DNA from: Amoebophrya sp. A120
Taxonomy: Eukaryota; Protista; Dinoflagellata
Assembly: GCA_905178155.1 (NCBI GenBank)
Contig: CAJINV010000018.1
Span: 724,609 to 788,608, forward strand
Direction of reading: 5' to 3'
DNA length: 64,000 nt
In this document: positions 27,701-42,700 of the stretch, piece by piece
How positions within the stretch are numbered: the first letter of the stretch is position 1
How the letters are laid out: each line of letters opens with the position of its first letter
Program-made: the position numbers and the translations under genes
The notes under the pieces: model-generated
Told to the model about the DNA's origin: nothing
The model's input: only the letters and a program-made list of their open reading frames with translations
Database searches by the model: none

Positions 27701-30700
27701 CCTGGCCCGTTTGCGCTGCGCTCGGATCTCTTTTTTCGTTGGCAAAACGCAGCTGATCAGCTCCTTCGGGAACTCGGGAGTGGTCTTCTGCCAGTGGTGG
27801 TTCGCGAACTCCTGGTATCAGAATGAAAAATCCCCCCTCCCCATATCAAAACGAAACTTCTGCTGCTGGATTTGTGTACACAAATCAGATTTGTCTTGCT
27901 GGCGAGGACTGCTTGCAGGCCCATATCAAGCCTGAGTAGCCTGGTTTTGGCCTAGCCCTAGGCACTTTGCATGATAGACGTCTACGCTGTAGGTGCAACA
28001 GCATGACAAACCGCCTGTAGAATGCGGCGGAGCATGTGGAGTCGCCTTCATGCAACACAGAGACGATTTTTGGTCAAAAATTTCCTTTTGATACCTGGGG
28101 AGGGGGATTTTCCTTTTGATACCTGGATGCGCGACACGAGGAGTCTGGGTGACCAGCTGAAGACCTTGTTGACCTCGTCGAGGAGTCTAGGATCCAGCTG
28201 GAAAAGCGCGTCCTGCACTAGTCTCTCAGAGTGAGAGGAGGATGATAAATTCGTGCGCTGATAGTGATATCGATAGTTGTACTCATCATCTTCTTGTTCT
28301 TCACCGGCAGAGTTCGTCGAGGAGCCGGACACCCGTCTCCGTGCGCTAGGGGAACCAGAAGAACCTCCTTGACCCTCTTCGCCCCCCGCAACTGCGGACT
28401 CCTTCGAGTCCCGCAAAAAATCGTCCATCGAGCTAGGCGGCTTCACGATATTTGCCTCCAAACTTCGCGTGATCAAATCGCCCAGCCGTTCGACCAGCCC
28501 CGACTTTTCCAGTAACGGCGCGAACCGCACGGTGCCTTCTCTGCACGCGTCCAGGGGTAAGGATATTTCCTCCTCTGGCTGAATCACCACGTAGTCCCGG
28601 GGGATTTGCGGACTCCTCGGGTTCTGGAAAATTTGGTGGATGGAGTTGTTGTTCGTGATCTCGCATAACAGTGGGACGGTTGCAAATCCGTTGCGGACCA
28701 AAACCGAGGATTGCAACACGCACAGCTTCCGGACCTCGGCCGACACGCCTCGACACACGAGCTCGTAGTAATCGTTCGGGTTGTATTCTGTGAAAATTTA
28801 CCATCTACTCCATCCATTTAATATTTTTTGCATGACAAAAAGGAACTCCCTACATGTTGCGCATGACAAATCGGATGGGGATAGGTCTTTTTTTGTGGAT
28901 AGGTTGCTCAATTGCAGCTGCTCGTCATAGTCGAAGAAATCATGATGCGTCTGATGCATTTGCTGGTTCATATCACCTCCCTGCTGCTGCTGGATCCCCA
29001 TCCGCTGTTCCCTGAGCGCCACCACGGATCGCTTCGCCGAGTTCGCGACGTTCCTGGGTGCGTAGACCCGGTAGCAGTGCGCGCCGGTGCGGGAAATGTT
29101 GAGCGACCGGATGATCCGGTTGCCGAACAGGTGCATGTGCACCTGCGGGGTGTGGGGCAGCGCGTCCTTGGAGCTGATCATGGCGGCGGAGGATTTGGGC
29201 TGGACTGTCAGCTCCCGCAGCCGGCGATCCTCTCCAGAAGCGATCACCACTTTGTCATACCGAGTGGAGTTCGGCGCGGGCAGAAACTCGATCTCCACCG
29301 ACCGGTTACCCTTCATGTTTTCCAGACTGTAGGGCGCGATCGGGATGCGGTCCACCGTCTTCACGACCCTCGGCTCCCAAAAAGGCGTGTCGAAGTCGTC
29401 CGGTGGGGGAAGGACAGGGATGTGCCTGCTCACGTTCTTTTTCGAGGTAACCACGGGGAAAGCAAGCGCGAGTCTGGAGTGTTTTGGCACAACGGGGTGG
29501 TAGACGAGAGATCTTGTGGTCGCTTGCTGGACGTCTTTTTGTTCCTTAGCGTTGTTTCCTCCGCCGAGCAGATTATCCACTTCCTTCTCGATTTCGTCCT
29601 GTTCACTGCTTTCCGGTGGCGTGAAGAAGGGCTGGTCCGGCGAAGGGGTGGCTGCATTATTTGCAGTGGCGCCTCCCGCAGGTGGCGCAGGCGGCTGCAA
29701 TTGCGAACCTTGTGAAGCTGTCTGCGGTGCGACTAGTTGAACAGGAGCTGCGCCGGGAGCAGCTACTCCCCCCTGTTCCGGTTTCTCGCTCAAGACCGGC
29801 GCAGGCAAAGGAGTCCTTGAAGAAGCCGCGGCCACGGTCCCTCGCTTCTGAAAGTGTAGATCCACCAAGTGCCTTCTCAAAACGAAGTTCCGCAAGTACA
29901 GTTCCATGTTCTTGGATACAAACGACCGACTCAGATCCGCGCTCTGGTAGTCAACAATCCACTCGCGGGCGTTGCTTAAGAGTACGTCCGCGAGCGTTTC
30001 CGTGATGTTCAACCCAATTTGGTCCCGCACATCCACAATGAGCTGCTCGTAGTCCGACTTGGGTTCTTCGTTCATCAGCTGATTGTAATTTTTCCCGCGG
30101 TGCATGACGTGCTGCTGTTCCACGAAGTTTTCGTCGGGTACGGGCTCGGTGTCAGACAGCATTTCCTCCTGCTCCGAGCTACTAGAGGATGAAGAACTAC
30201 TCGTGTACAGATTCGTCATGAGAAATTCCCGGGCGTCGTTTTTTCGCAAGTCCCCAAAATCCTGACTGACCGTCACGCGGACGGTCGGAATATTGAACAG
30301 CGCTGCGCTGTCGGTTCCCGACTTGCTGAAATTTCCGATAGTGTATCAAATGTAAAAGTGTCTGGGTCTGGAAGATTGCCAGGTTTGTCATGCACATTTT
30401 GGATGACTCCTGATGTCTGTGATGCATGCCCTAGCATCACAGATTTTGTGAGGGCTTCCTGATGCCTATACCGCATGACAAATGCTCTTTCCGTGTAGCA
30501 AAACTTGAACTCTCTTTGCTGCTCATGCAATAGACACAGATTTTTTTAGAATCCAGAATCAGCATGACAAGTTGGATTCTTCCAGACCCAGACATTATTT
30601 TTACAGTTGATATAGTGCTCGAGCTGTTGATCGCGGACCGTTTCCAAAACCGGTTCACGCGCTTCTATGGGTGTGTCAGGATTGAAATCGACAAAGTTGA

Positions 30701-33700
30701 AATGATTTGAATTTGTCGTGCACAAAATGCAAGGCATGAAGTGCCTCTCTTGGTGGGATGGCAAGTGAGGCAGATTGTGAGCCTATCTAGGGTTTGGGAT
30801 AGAGATGCTAAAGGAGCATGACAAAAGCAGTCCTCTTTGCCGAAACAGCATGACAAATTGGATTCGCGTACTCCGAAGTTTTGTCATGCGCCGCTTGATA
30901 AGTGGGCTTCCAACTGGTATCGGTTTTATGCATGACAAACTATTTCAACTCTGACGATTTCGATCCTGACACTCCAATAGCTTCCGGAACGTCCGGATCC
31001 CGTCCGTCGCCGAGGATCGCTTGGACATGGTGGAGCCCACAGACCGCTGCGAGGCAGAGCTTGCGGTGGACACCGTCGAAGATATGCTCGCCGTTTCCCA
31101 GTCAACGTCTGGGTTGATGTTCCCGGTAGCATCAGACGAGCTGTAATTGCTCGCATTTGCAGCAGTATTCCTACTTCTACTGGAGGAAGATGCAAAGGGA
31201 TTGAATCTACTGCTCCTTTGCTGGTACCTGGCCGCCCGTTTTTGCAGCCGTTCCTCATCCCCCGGGCCATCGGCGATGTCCGCTAACGTTTGCACCTCCT
31301 CGTAGGCTTCGGCGTTTTGGGCTGATGTGTTCGACGAAAACTTTTCCGCCGCCTTCTGCTTCTCGCCAAACAGGTTATGCAGGAAAAAATGACGCCCGCC
31401 CCCATCCATTTTTTGCATGACCAACATTGGAATTCGAATCAATTTATGCATGTTTCGCATGACAAATTGGATGGGGATGCGTTTCTTTTTGTGGATACAG
31501 GTCCAGGCCTTCACACAGCGGCTCGTAGCACACCGCCACGGGGTTGAAATATTCCGCGTAGAAGTCTACGTACAAACCTCGAGAGGTTTTGTGCACCGTC
31601 CTGGTCTTGAAAATACTCCGGTCGAAAAAGCTCATGGACTCGGACAGCGTGCGCACCCGGGTCAGATCCAAGCGGAAGAAGGGGTAGGCGACTTCCTGCC
31701 CGCAGTCGTTTAAAAGCTCCAAAGAAGCACTCTTGATCTGCAGGTCGTGGGAGCGGTAGCGGTCGATAGGTACCAACGTGGTCGGTTGCTGCTGCTGCGA
31801 TGCTGGCTGGGATTGGCTGCCTTGCTGGTTTTGCTGCTGATCCAGGTGGAGCACCTCCCCGGGACGAGAAGTTGCCGAACCAATCTGCCCACCCAACCAC
31901 TCTTCCAACTGCCACAGGCGCGACAGAGACTGCATTTGCCACTGAATGCAATGAATGATACACCGTAAATCTTCATAGCTGATCTTCAGATGCAGGTTGG
32001 TCAATTTCATGTACGTGTGTTTATGCCGAAAAAACAGATACGACTGGTGGTCCGCCCCTTCGGGAGATTGCAAGAAATCATCCACGGATGCCAAGACCGC
32101 GCGGGTCTCCAACTCCCCAGGCGGGGTGTGGAAGGACTGCGGCGCGCACTGCCGGTACATATCCACAATGTAGCCACGCTTGGTCTGCTCCTGGTTTCCA
32201 AACCAAAGGTTGAAATCTTGCAGCAACACGTTGTCGATGTTGTCTTCGCTTTTCGACGTTTCCTGCCTCCTCGCTGAGGTCGTAGTAGAAGCTCCACCTC
32301 TCATGGAGGTTTTGGAGCCGGTGCGACGAGATTGGCCACTTCCTGATGTAGTTGTGCTCGCCGTGTTTCCAGTTGTATTCTGGTTCAGCGTCCTTTGCAG
32401 TTTGATGCCCGCCCGCTCGACTGTTAACGTCATGGTCCTTTTGCGCGTCAGCTGGCCCCACAGCGCCAGATCGGACTTATCAAATGCAAAAATGTCTGGG
32501 TCTGGAAGATTGCCAGGCTTGTCATGCATATTTTGCATGGACCCTGATGGCTGTAATGCATGGCCTAGCATCACATATTTCTAGAGGGCTTCCTGATGCC
32601 TATTCTGCATGAGAAATGCCCTCTCCGTGTGGACCAAACTGGACTCCTCTTGCTGGTCATGCAATACAGATTTTTTTCGAATCCGAAGACAGCATGACAA
32701 GTTACAACCTTCCAGACCCAGACACTTTTGCACTGAATAGGACTCCAAGTGGTGCCAGAACTTCAGGAAGTTGCTGAAGTTATGAACTGCAAAAGCAACG
32801 CACTAGTTCTAGTATAAATTGCATTACAAATTTGCTCAGCATGAGAAAACGAATTTCACATGCTGATTTGCCTTGGGAACAAGATTTGTAATGCAAGACT
32901 TGCTCTTGCATCTATACGAGTACGATACTTTTGCACAGGATAGAAGTGATAGTCCACTTTCGGCAAATTTTCGTCCTGTGGGGGGATAAAACTCCGGGTG
33001 CCGAGGAGCTTGTCGAAGTACTTTAGAAACAGCTGCTGCTTCTGCGCAGCGGAAAAAGAAGCTGTGGGCGGGCCCGTGGTGTTTGACGAGCCGCTGGCTG
33101 CATAATTCTCAAACAGCTCGGTGACTGTCTTCCGGTCCGCAGTGCTCATGGTGGACACGATTTCGCTTTCTCGCGCGACCATCATAAGAACGCACTTCTG
33201 TACCAATTCGCGCATCCGCTGCACCAGAGACGCCGTCGTTTCCAGTTTATGGCGTTCTCAAACGTTACATTCTCAACTGTTACACGGATTTGTGATGCAA
33301 GAATGGCAAAAGTGAAAGGGGTCACCTTGCGGGTCTCGCATGACAGATCTGGCAAAGATTCCGAGCCTGTTTGGCTCTTCGAGAATTTGTCATGCGAAGC
33401 AGCTTGATCGTGTCGATTCTGATTGTGATTTTGCATTACAAATCATGCAACAGTTGAGAATGTAACAGTTGAGAGCGCCATACAGTTGGTCGTCGGGCTG
33501 GGTCTGGAAGTCAATCTGAATCCGGTCCGCGTGCACCACGAGAAAGTTCGCCTGCTCTGCAGCAAACACCGTCGGAAACACCACCGAGGGGTCGCGCAGT
33601 TTGACGGACACCTTCACCTTGCCACCACGCACGGTCTTCCGGATTCGCCGCTCCACGTTCCCTATCAAATGTAAAAATGTCTGGGTCTGGAAGAATGCGC

Positions 33701-36700
33701 GATTTGTCATGCACCTTTTCCATGACCCATGAGGTCTGGATCGCAGGACCTAGCATGACAGATTCTGTGCGATCTTTCTCATGCCTATCCTGCATGAGAA
33801 ACTGCCCCCGACTTGGTCAAAACTGGACGACTTTTGCTAATCATGCAACACAGATTTCTGCATGCTTCAGATTTAGCATGACAAGTTGCATTCTTCCAGA
33901 CCCAGACATTTTTGCACTTGATATTCCCGTCTTTCGAAAAGGAACCTCCGCTGGTGGGGGCAGCTGCCTGTGGCACGGCTGATATTGTTGGCCCGGACGA
34001 CCCACGGTTCGCGCCAGCCTTTAGATAATGACTTCGGCTCCTCTGTTCTTGCAACTTTTTCGCCACTAGATCCTGCTCGTCTTCTTCGTCCTCTGATTGC
34101 GTTTATGAGAATGCACAACTTCTACAACTCCCCCTCCGCGTCCGCCCCGGCGTCAATTATACTACTAGAGCACGAACAGAAACTGCAACCGCCGGCACCT
34201 GTGGAGACAGCGCATGACAAGTTCAAGTTCTTGTGGCGCCGAATGTAGTACTGTTTCATCGGCTCCCGGAATTTCTCATGCAAGTTCTGCCATAGGGCAC
34301 CATGATTCGGATATTCATATTTGGGATCTTCATCTTGCATGACAAACGACAAAAAGGGGGTGCGGGAGTTGAACAAGTGGTGCACTTTCATAGCGTTCCC
34401 GAGGACGGACGGTCAAATTCGTCATCTGGGTCATCCTGCTGTTGACCAAGTGCGGTTATTCCGCCAGCTGCGTTATTTCTAGCACTATTTGTTGAATGTG
34501 AATTATCTGGTGCCATAAACAGGTCGTAGTCCCTTTTGAGAAAGTCCCGCGTCTCCTCTATCCAGGAAAAAACACCCACTCCCATCCAATTTGTCATGCA
34601 AAACATGCATAAATTCCTTTTTTTGTCATGCAAAAAATAGATGGGGATGGGTGTTTTTTCCTGGATATCCTCCTCGATGGGGCGGTGCACCCAGCTGTTC
34701 ACGTTGGTCCCCCCACCGTAGATGTCTTCGCCGTTCCTTTCCAAAATCCGCCGGCTGTAGTGCCACGAGCGCTCGTGGAACTTTTTCTGGAAGTCGTTCC
34801 CATCAAAGTCCCAATCGTACTCCGCGTCCTGGTCCTCAAACTCCCAGTCTTTGCGGGCTTTGAACTTGTAGGGCGAGTACTTTATCCGCCTCGCGTTCGT
34901 CGTGTACTGCAACTGCAGGTTGCGCCGTTTCTCCTGCGGACTGGAGGCCCCAGAGTCTACTTCAAACGGCGTCGCAGAACTGCTGGATGCACTCGTTTCC
35001 CGAGAGGACGCGACCGAGGAAGCTTTAGAAGCGGTTGTCGAAGAGGACTGCTCTCCCTTATTTGTCGTCGTGCCACCTGAAACTACCGACGCCGTCTCCA
35101 GTATAGAAGTACTAGTTCCTGCCTCTAGCATATCGTACGAAAAAAGTGTCTCACTGTAAGGATTTCATTTTGCAAGTTTTGCAATTGCATCACAGGTTTG
35201 CTCTACATCACAAAGAAAATTTGCCATGCGAGATTCCTAAGGGAAAACACAGCTAAAAATCTAGTGTCTTGCATGTGAAGCAAGACAAACACTTCTCAGA
35301 TACAGTTTCTGCATTACAAGCTTACAGTGAAATAACAGTTTTTTCTCACGATACAGCAGATCCACCGGCGGTGGCAAATCCTCCTCGTCTTCATCGGTGA
35401 AGCCTGGCTTCGAAAGCGACACGTCGGTCACAGTCTGGTGTGATGTCTTCTCACTGTCAGAACCATCGTCGTCTTCCCCTAGTGGGGCTGCCGACAGATC
35501 GCCGAAGGATCCGAGGTTCGTCGGCGACAAGCCACGAGGCTTCTTTGTCTTCTTTTTAGAAGCGGATTTACTCGCACCTCCTCCTTGTTGCGCGGTGGTG
35601 GTTGCACCTCCAGCCGTGGTACCACCACCGGCGCCTGCTGTTGCAGCCCCAGCGCTAGTACAACCTGCGGCACTATTTATCCCACCAGCGGCTATCCCTC
35701 CGTCCCCACCGCTATTGACCCCCAAATAGGCGACATTCTCGTCCGGCCAGAAGAATTTGTACAGCAAGTACAGCGGCACCGCGTTCGGGATCACCCGCGG
35801 CTCGCCGATCAGCACATCCATCTCGATTGTGGAGTCGCGGAGGTGCGAAATCGGCAAATGCTCTTCCAGAAATTCTTCCGATAACAGCTCGGCCCGGGGA
35901 AGGCCGACCGGAAACCGATAGAACTGGTCATCGTCTCCTGTGTCTGCTAAATTCGCAGTGGAGATCGCCGGCGGTGGAGTTTTATTTCCCGCAGTTCCCG
36001 CTCTGGGCGGCGGAGAAAAGACCAGTTGCTGCGGCTGCAGTACAGGGCCCGTTGTTCTACTTGGGTCGCGTTGCTCGTAGGAGCTTGAAGAAGATGCAGC
36101 CGGCGGGGCACAACTGGCCGTGCCTGTGCCTATCACAGCAGATGATCCAGGCTGCCTCTTGATGTCGTTGTCATCTCCGAATACATCGCCATTGGTCGAC
36201 GTGGCAGTTACATCCGGACTGAACATGAGCGACCCGGGGGAATACCCTTGGGGGTAGTTCCGGCGTCTTTTGATCTGGTGGGTGGCGTATTCCAAATCGT
36301 TCAGTGCAAGCAACCTCGTGTAGAAGAAACCGAAGCGAATTGGGTCGTCTTGGATGGTTTCTGTGCTGTCGGGTTGTGGTGCTTCTGCTTCTGCTGCGTC
36401 GTTGGCATTTATTCGCCCCTCTTCCACCTCATCGGTCGCGCCTGTCTGATTGCGGTTGATCATTCCCGCACCTGAGCTGTCTTGTTTCATATTGATCGCC
36501 CCACTCCCAGTTCCTGCATTGTCATGTTGACTATGATCTTGAAACAACAGCAGCCCCCCGAACGGCGCTCCGAGAACTGGCAGGTGCTGCATTTTCGGCT
36601 CCCAGAAATAGATTTGGAATTTGCACAGCGACCCGTTGTACTTCACCAGAGACATCTGCAACTTTCTCATGGTCAAGCAAACTTCTGTCGGCGTCGTTAG

Positions 36701-39700
36701 CAGTGCATTTTTGTCATGATCATCCTCGCGGGGATGGTCTTTCTTGTTCGCGGCACCTCCACCTGAAGACGCTCCTCGTCGTGCTGTCCCTTGCGCTTGC
36801 TGTGCAGCAGCAGAACCAGCTGTCCTCATCTGCGGCAGATTCTGCTGAATCCATTCGTCAAACACGGTCGCGCGCCCGCAATCTGCGTCTTGCGGATTCT
36901 GCTCGAAGTCTTCCACCGTGCTACCGTCCAGTCGCACGCGCAGATTCACGGAGTTCAAGTTCAACAGCAACTCGGTGTGCCTCCTGTACGCAACTCGCTC
37001 AAACACATCCTGAACGTCGCGCAAATACCGGTTTTCCTTGACCGCGACGTCGTCGTCCTGACCTGCTAAATTGTCGAAAAAAACCCGCTTCAAAAAGTTC
37101 CACTCGCGAAAATTCAGCAAGATCGTGACGGCGGATAAATTCACGCGAATTTTGTACGACCAGGGGAAGTACTTCCACTTCAGCGTTTTCGACTGGTGTT
37201 GCCGCTCCAGTGGGCTCAGCATCCAACTCGGCGAGGAGTCCATCGCGGTTGTTCCGCTAGACGTGAAATAATCATGGAGAAACTGGAGTCGCTCGTAACT
37301 CTCAATACCCCGAACGAACTCGACGCTGAGCTCGATATGCAATACAAATTTCCTGCACGACTACACGTACAAAATGCATCACAAATGTCACCATCAACTT
37401 GAAGCATGCCACTTGTGATGCTGGATAGAATTGAAGCAAAATCTTGTCATGCAGAAACCGTATTTGTACTTGTACATCATCATGTACAGGAAATTTCCTG
37501 TGGATACTCGACCGGGGAATCGAACAGCGGATGGCTGTCTGAATTCAGATTTGACTCAGGAGTATTTCCTATGGAAGCGTCAGGTTTGAAATCGTCAAAG
37601 TTGAAATAATTTGTAATGCATAAAATGCATGACCCGAGGCACGTGTGTTGCAGAGCAGGCAAGTGAGGCCGATTGTAAGCCTGTTTGGGCTTCCAGCTCG
37701 AGCTGCTAAAGTAGCATGAGAAAATCGCTCTTCTTTGCCTAAACAGCATGACAAAGTGGATTTAGGGACCACCGAAATTTGTCTTGCGCCACTTGGAAAC
37801 TGGGTTCAGAATTGGCATCCATTTTATGCATGGCAAATTATTTCAACATTGTCGATTTCAACTCTGACACATCCATATTTCCGCTGAGTGAAGTAGAGCT
37901 GCTTGACGTGACGCCAGCCTTGTTAAAATTTCGATTTCCGTTCGTCACCAATCTCCGGAGCTGGATCCCCTTCCCCTCAATCAGAATTCTGTCGTGCCAT
38001 ATAACCTGCTCAGCTGTTAATCTCAAGCGTTACAATAGAATCTGGAATTTGTGTTGCAAGAAGTGCATTATCTAGCCAACTCAAATAGGATTGCGCATGA
38101 CAAGTTCTGGAGTCCCAATCCGCACTGCAATCTGGCGAAATTTGTATTGCACAAAGTGGAATGCTGTCCGAGGCTGTCATGCTCATCATGCAATACAAAA
38201 CCCAGATTCTGTTGTAAAGTTTGAGATTGTAACGTTTGAGCAGGTCATATGCCACCCGTAGTGATTCAGTCTCTTTCTCCGTTGCACCGTCGCAACCGAT
38301 TGCGCGGTGGCGTTCTGCGGATTCATGAAAATTTCGTGGCGCGATATCCAGGAAAAAACACCCATCCACATCGAGTCTCAATTTTTCATACAAAACACGT
38401 ATAAGAAGTCCTGTGTTTGTCGTGCAAAAAATGGATCATGGGGATGGGTTTTTTTTCTGTGGATACGCGAGGCAAGTTTTCCGTAGTTGCTGTCCAGATG
38501 AGGCCTGTCTGGATCATCGCTCGCCGTATAGGTGGTTGAGGGTCCACCGGCTTCGAACGTGTTCTCCTCAAACCCCGCACGATACACATGGTCGGGGTTG
38601 TAGGTGACGATCATCAAAGGGGAAGAACAATTATCCAGTGGATCTGCATTTTTAGTTCCCGTGGTCGCGGCGCTGGCTGCACTTCTGCCGACCTGCACCT
38701 GTTCCACATGATCGCCTAACAAATCCTCCTCCTCGTCTTCGCTGTCATTCGCTTGGCCTTTCGCGATCTCCCAATCCCACTTGTGGTTTGCGGAAGTACT
38801 GGAGGTGGCGAAACTTGCTGACGTTCCTCCGCCTGCGATGTTAGTACCAGAGGCAGTTGTGGCACTCGAGGACGTCGACGCCACGGCCCAGGGCTTTTCC
38901 GTGAACGTGTTCCGTACCGCATCATACTCAAATGTGTTGTTTGCCTTGCACAGCTATCAACAGTAAATTTACCGCACACGTACAAATGCGGCCTCTGCAT
39001 GACAAAACTTGGCTTCGATCCTAGTTTAGCATGACAATTTTTACACCCAGATTGGCCGTGAAATTTCTATTGCATCTTGTACATGTTGTACGGGAAATTT
39101 GTATTGCATAACAGCCTGCTCGCGTCCTCGATGTAGCAAGCCTTGTTCGTGACCTTCAGCGACTCTTCGGTGAAAAGCTCGACCAGGTCCCCCTGACAGG
39201 TCGTGGTCGCTGGGAAATAGATCGACGGTTTCTCGATCGTGATGTCAAGCTCGTAGCTCCGGGGAAAATGCTCCTGCATCGCTTTTTCGACGTGCGGCGG
39301 TTGCTTGTGTCGCGGCGAAGTGCCCATTGGCCCACCGAGAATCCGCCGGGGGGACAACTCCTGCAGGTTGTCGTTGAAAAGATTTTTATTCCCGTTGTGA
39401 ACGAGTAAAGCTTCCGGGAGGATCTGCTGGCGCTGCTGTCCTTGCGCACCTGCTGCAGCTTGCCCCCCCGAAACTACGGATGAATTCTCGTCGAAAGCAG
39501 CAACAACACTTTGCACGCTTTGCCGAAAGCCCCCACTGCTGCCACTGCTGGCCTGCGAAGAACGTCTCCGTTCCTCGCGCTCCATCGCATCTAGGAAATC
39601 GTCGTCCTCATCGTCTACTTGGTAGCTTTGTCTTGACAGATGTTCTTGTGGAGCTGTTTTGTTTTTCCAAATACTAGCGCTGGTTCCATCGTCGTCGTCT

Positions 39701-42700
39701 TCCGGCGTCGAAACGACCCTGCTTGCCGATCTCACAGCGCCACCATCAACCGCCCCTGCTTGCCCTCCTGCTCCAACTGATGATGCCTTTGACAGCGACG
39801 TTCCTGCTTTCGGACTGCTCGTCCCTCCAAGAACCCCGGGACCATGCTTTGGCGTGGCAACGCGGCTCACGCCGATGGGAGCTACTACCCGTGGCTCCGG
39901 CCCAGCGGTTATCGCGGGGATAAATGCGTTGAGAATCCACCGCCAGCACCGCATGAACTTCTCTTTCATAAAGTACAGCTCGGGGGAGTCGAAGTGCAGT
40001 TTCAAGTAATACGCCAGATCCAACGGAAAGTCGTCAAATTGCATCTGGTCCTTGACGTTCAGCGTTTTGACGTAAACCGAGAAAAATTTGGTCTTATCTC
40101 GTTCTTCACCGGATTTGTTTTCATTTTCATCGCCGCTATCTTTATTTTTCTGCTTGTTCTTTATCCCGAGTATAATCGGTTTGAACTGGTCGTTGCTCAG
40201 GTCTTGAATGCAGAAATTCCCAAACTTTGCGTCGAAGACCGTCCGCTCCTCGTACAAATTCAGGTCGAACGAGGAATTTTCGCAACTCGCGTCTATCAAA
40301 GTCAAAAAAGCCCCCACCCCACATCGGAAATGGAAGATGCGCGAGCTTGTGACTCTGTATTTGAGTACACAAGTCGACTCGTATTGCTAGAAGGCCAAGA
40401 GACGAAGCTGCGGCCTAAATTGCAGGTAATCTGTCATGCTGTTTCCCACTTCCAGCTGCCTTCTGTAATCCTGGAGCTGCAAGGCTTTCCCACGCTAGAC
40501 AGCACTACAGTCCGCATCTTTTGCCTTCTAGCATGACAAAGCTGATTTGTGACCACAAATCTGCATCACAGATTTCCGTGTTGATATTGGAAGGGGGCAT
40601 TTTTCATTGTAATAGCGTCCGCAAAGTAGTGGCAGATGTTCACCCCGGACGGGGAGGAGGAGGATTTGATCGTCTCCAGCCACCTCAATTGCAACGCTTT
40701 ACAGCGAAACTGGATCTTGTACTTGAAGGGCCACGCGGCGTTGCCCACGGTGGCGGTAGAGTTTACCGTGCTGGCTTTGGATAGCATCGCGGTCTTATTG
40801 AACAATGTCGAGGCGGATGTCGCGTGGACATTCTGCGGACTCTGCAGTGGAACGGAGGTTGTTCTACAATTCTTGTGTGCCCCGCCGGACGCAGCGACTC
40901 CTACACCGGGATAAATTGGGCTGGGCGTGTTAAAACTTTGCATTTTCAGCGGCTGCGGAACCTGCAGGGTCGTGCTAGCTGTCCCCGGCGCAGCTCGTCC
41001 CCCGGACGAGAAAACATTATTTCCTGGGCCAGTACAACTACCTGGCATAGATTTGATATTCGTATTCTGCTGGCGCGCCGCCGACCCGGAATGCGCGCTT
41101 CCCCAATCGCTCGATTGATGCCGCCCTGCATTTGGCTCCGGGGTTGTCAGCATCGCGGCTCCGGTGGTTCCGACGATATTTTTGCCCGGATTTGGGCTCG
41201 GCACGGCCGTCGAAGTGGCAGAACCGGGTGGTCCTGCACCACAGTATGGAAGAGTCAGGTTTGAAATCGACACAGTTGAAATAATTCGTGATGCACAAAA
41301 TGGATGCCAGTTGTAACCCAGCTTCCAAGTGGCGCATGACAAATTTGGGTAGAGTGAACCGATGAAATCCAATTTGTCATGCTAGTTGGGTAAGGAAGAC
41401 GCCTTTTGTGTTTGTCATGCTACTGCAGCAGCTCAGTCGCTACCCCTCGACAGGCTTACAATCTGCCTCACTTGCCTACTCTGCAAGACAGGCACTCTGT
41501 GAGCTGCATTTTATGCATGACAAATCACTTCAACTTTGTCGATTTCAATCCTGACACTGCCATACACCTGCGTTCTGCAGTATCGTCTCCTGCTCCTCCT
41601 CTTTCTGCCGGAGGATATGGCGTTCTCAAATGTTACATTCTCAACTGTTACATGATTTGTCATGCAAAAACACTATCGCTCTGCACACGATCAAGCCTTC
41701 TCCGCATGACAACTTCTCGACGCGCTAGATACCATTATAATCTGCTCCAAACGTGTAATGCAAAAGGGCCAATCTTTTCCCTTTCACTTTTGCCATTCTT
41801 GCATGACAAATTTCATGTAACAGTTGAGAATGTAACGTTTGAGAACGCCATAGAGGAGCTCCAATCTCTCGAAAATCGGTTCCACCGGCGGGATGTCTTT
41901 TAAAAAGCACAGAAAATAAGTCACGATCAGCGGTTCGAAATTTAGTTTCAGAGATTTCAAATCGATATCCACCTTCCACATGGCTCCGTGGCAAAATTCG
42001 TACATTTGCTCCAGTTTCGGCGCCCGTATGGGACTCTCAACTGTTACATTCTCAACTGTTACATGAATTTGTAATGCAAGAACAGCGAAAGTGAAAGGCA
42101 GGATCTTCCAAATTTTGCATTACAGATTTGACACAGACTCAGATGCTGTTTAGCCCTTCGAGAATTTGTCATGCTCAGCCGCTTGACCGTGTGGCTGTTT
42201 ATGGTATTTTTGCATGACAAATTCATGTAACAGTTGAAAATGTAACGTTTGAGAACGCCATAGCCCGCTCGTGCACCGTGTTGATGCCAATACGGAGGAA
42301 GTTCTGCTCCTCATCTTCCGGCTCAACACGCAGGAGATCCACTTTCTTGTTTGTAGTTCCAAGATTATCTGTGACCACAATCTCTCGATCTTGGATATGG
42401 CGTTCTCAAACGTTACATTCTCAATTGTTACATGGGTTTGTCATGCAAAATCAACATCAACATCCACAGTTTGAAGCGACTTCGCATGACAAATTCCCGG
42501 AGGGCTAAACAGCATTTAAATCTGTGCGTAATTTGTAATGCTAGAGCCGCAATTGTCCCCCTTTGAATTTTGCTATTCTTGCATTACAAATTCATGTAAC
42601 AGTTGAGAATGTAACAATTGAGAGTCCCATATTGGACCTCTAGCGCGTTTGGCCGTGTAATCGCCGCCTTTTCTAGCCCAACGTCGTATCAACTGTAATA

